The position numbers and the translations under genes are program-made. Shown here one piece after another: positions 62,889-64,000 of a DNA stretch of 64,000 nucleotides (position 1 is the first letter of the stretch; every line of letters starts with the position of its first letter). Below the pieces are notes generated by a model that worked only from the letters and a program-made list of their open reading frames with translations, ran no database searches and was not told the DNA's origin. The DNA is from Octopus sinensis (Eukaryota), in the NCBI RefSeq assembly GCF_006345805.1, contig NC_043002.1:50220001-50284000 (forward strand), given 5' to 3'.

Positions 62889-63475
62889 AAACTGAGGAAA
62901 AGAAATCCTTCAAAGGAGTGTGTTAAACATCCAATTCACTGGTACTTCAGTTGGAAAGCATATAAACATTGGTATAATTCAATAATAATGATGAATTAAA
63001 TATAGAGATATTCTATTTGACATTCAATAATTTATTTATATTACAATATTACATTAAATACTATGAGTATAATATAACAAACATAAAATTATATAAATAA
63101 TTATATAATCACCATAAAAGGCCAGCAAATTGTTTCGACTTACATATATTTTTTCTGATATACATAATCCCAGTTCCATTATATATAAGTAACTTTAGGG
63201 TCCTGAAGTAACATATATAATGGAACTATGATTATGTATATCTCAAAAAATAGTTAGTTAGCCTTTTATGTTTTTTTTTATTATTTATATAATATCATGT
63301 TATGTTATATTATATTCATTGTGTTTAATGTAATATTGTGATATAAATTATTGCATGTCAGTAGAATATCTCTATATTTCACTTTATATATGTGCATATA
63401 TGTGTCTGTGTACGTACATATATATGTATATATATATATGTGTGTGTATATATATGTATATATATATGTATATAT

Positions 63476-63522
<47 letters not shown>

Positions 63523-63780
63523 GTGTGTGTATATATATGTGTATGTACATACATATATGTAATATATATATATGTATATATATGTATGTGTATATGTATA
63601 TGTGTATATATATATGTATATATGTGTATATATATGTGTGTAATATGTGTGTATGTATATATGTGTGTATAATAATATGGCCTATATGTGTGTGCATATT
63701 ATATATATGGCTATATTATATATATATAATATATATATTATATATATATATGTTTGGGTGTGTATACACACATGCACACA
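61670..63780. repeat. Long (TA)n/(TG)n/(TATG)n compound microsatellite field with two non-simple islands
   Basis: Visible repeats; islands at 61876-62222 and 62890-63400. Confidence 0.9.
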
Positions 63781-63889
63781 TAACGACATGCTTCTGTGAG
63801 TGAATGGAAGGACAATACACATTGACTAGACTGCAGTGTAACAGTAAAGCTAGTCTGATTTCATTTCACGAAGATCCCTAACCACTTCA

Positions 63890-64000
63890 CATTCTTTATT
63901 TTCTCTCCTTGTTTCTTTCTGTGTTCCTTTCTGTGGAAGAGCGTAGGCTCGAAACCTTAAAGACTATTTCATTTCTCAGCGTTAAACTAATACATCTGTT
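63890..64000 (+). mobile_element. Penelope-like pseudo-LTR fragment with decayed minimal hammerhead (family 1)
   Basis: CTTT CTGTGGA A GAGC-GTAG-GCTC GAAAC CTT AAAGA at 63927-63963. Confidence 0.6.

Noticed and set aside
62141-62999. 261-aa and overlapping Tyr/Ile/Met/Cys ORFs
   Set aside because: Pure (TA)/(TG)/(TATG) microsatellite.

Overview
AT-rich animal genomic DNA with one 100-N scaffold gap (5667-5766). The repeat families point to a coleoid cephalopod, probably Octopus (inference). I see no intact protein-coding gene, rRNA, tRNA gene or CRISPR array; the long ORFs in the track are almost all translations of (CA)n, (TA)n, (CT)n or trinucleotide repeats. The window is a dense transposon landscape. 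It holds more than 25 full or partial copies of a tRNA-headed SINE with a central microsatellite (here SINE-A), more than 15 copies of a second SINE (SINE-B), CORE-like SINEs and RTE LINE 3' ends. It also holds an R4/Dong LINE fragment, a dead mariner (D34D), an internally deleted maT (D37D), and piggyBac-, hAT- and mariner-type MITEs, many of them nested. The most interesting signals are structural RNAs: two dispersed repeat families with variant hammerhead-ribozyme cores (3 copies each), a 285-bp foldback element, a GC-rich rod-like insert and a pre-miRNA-like hairpin. There is also an orphan 98-nt exon candidate with strong splice sites and several candidate enhancers. Repeat boundaries were placed by eye and are approximate, roughly +/-10-20 bp unless exact motifs are quoted. 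Family labels A-G are mine.
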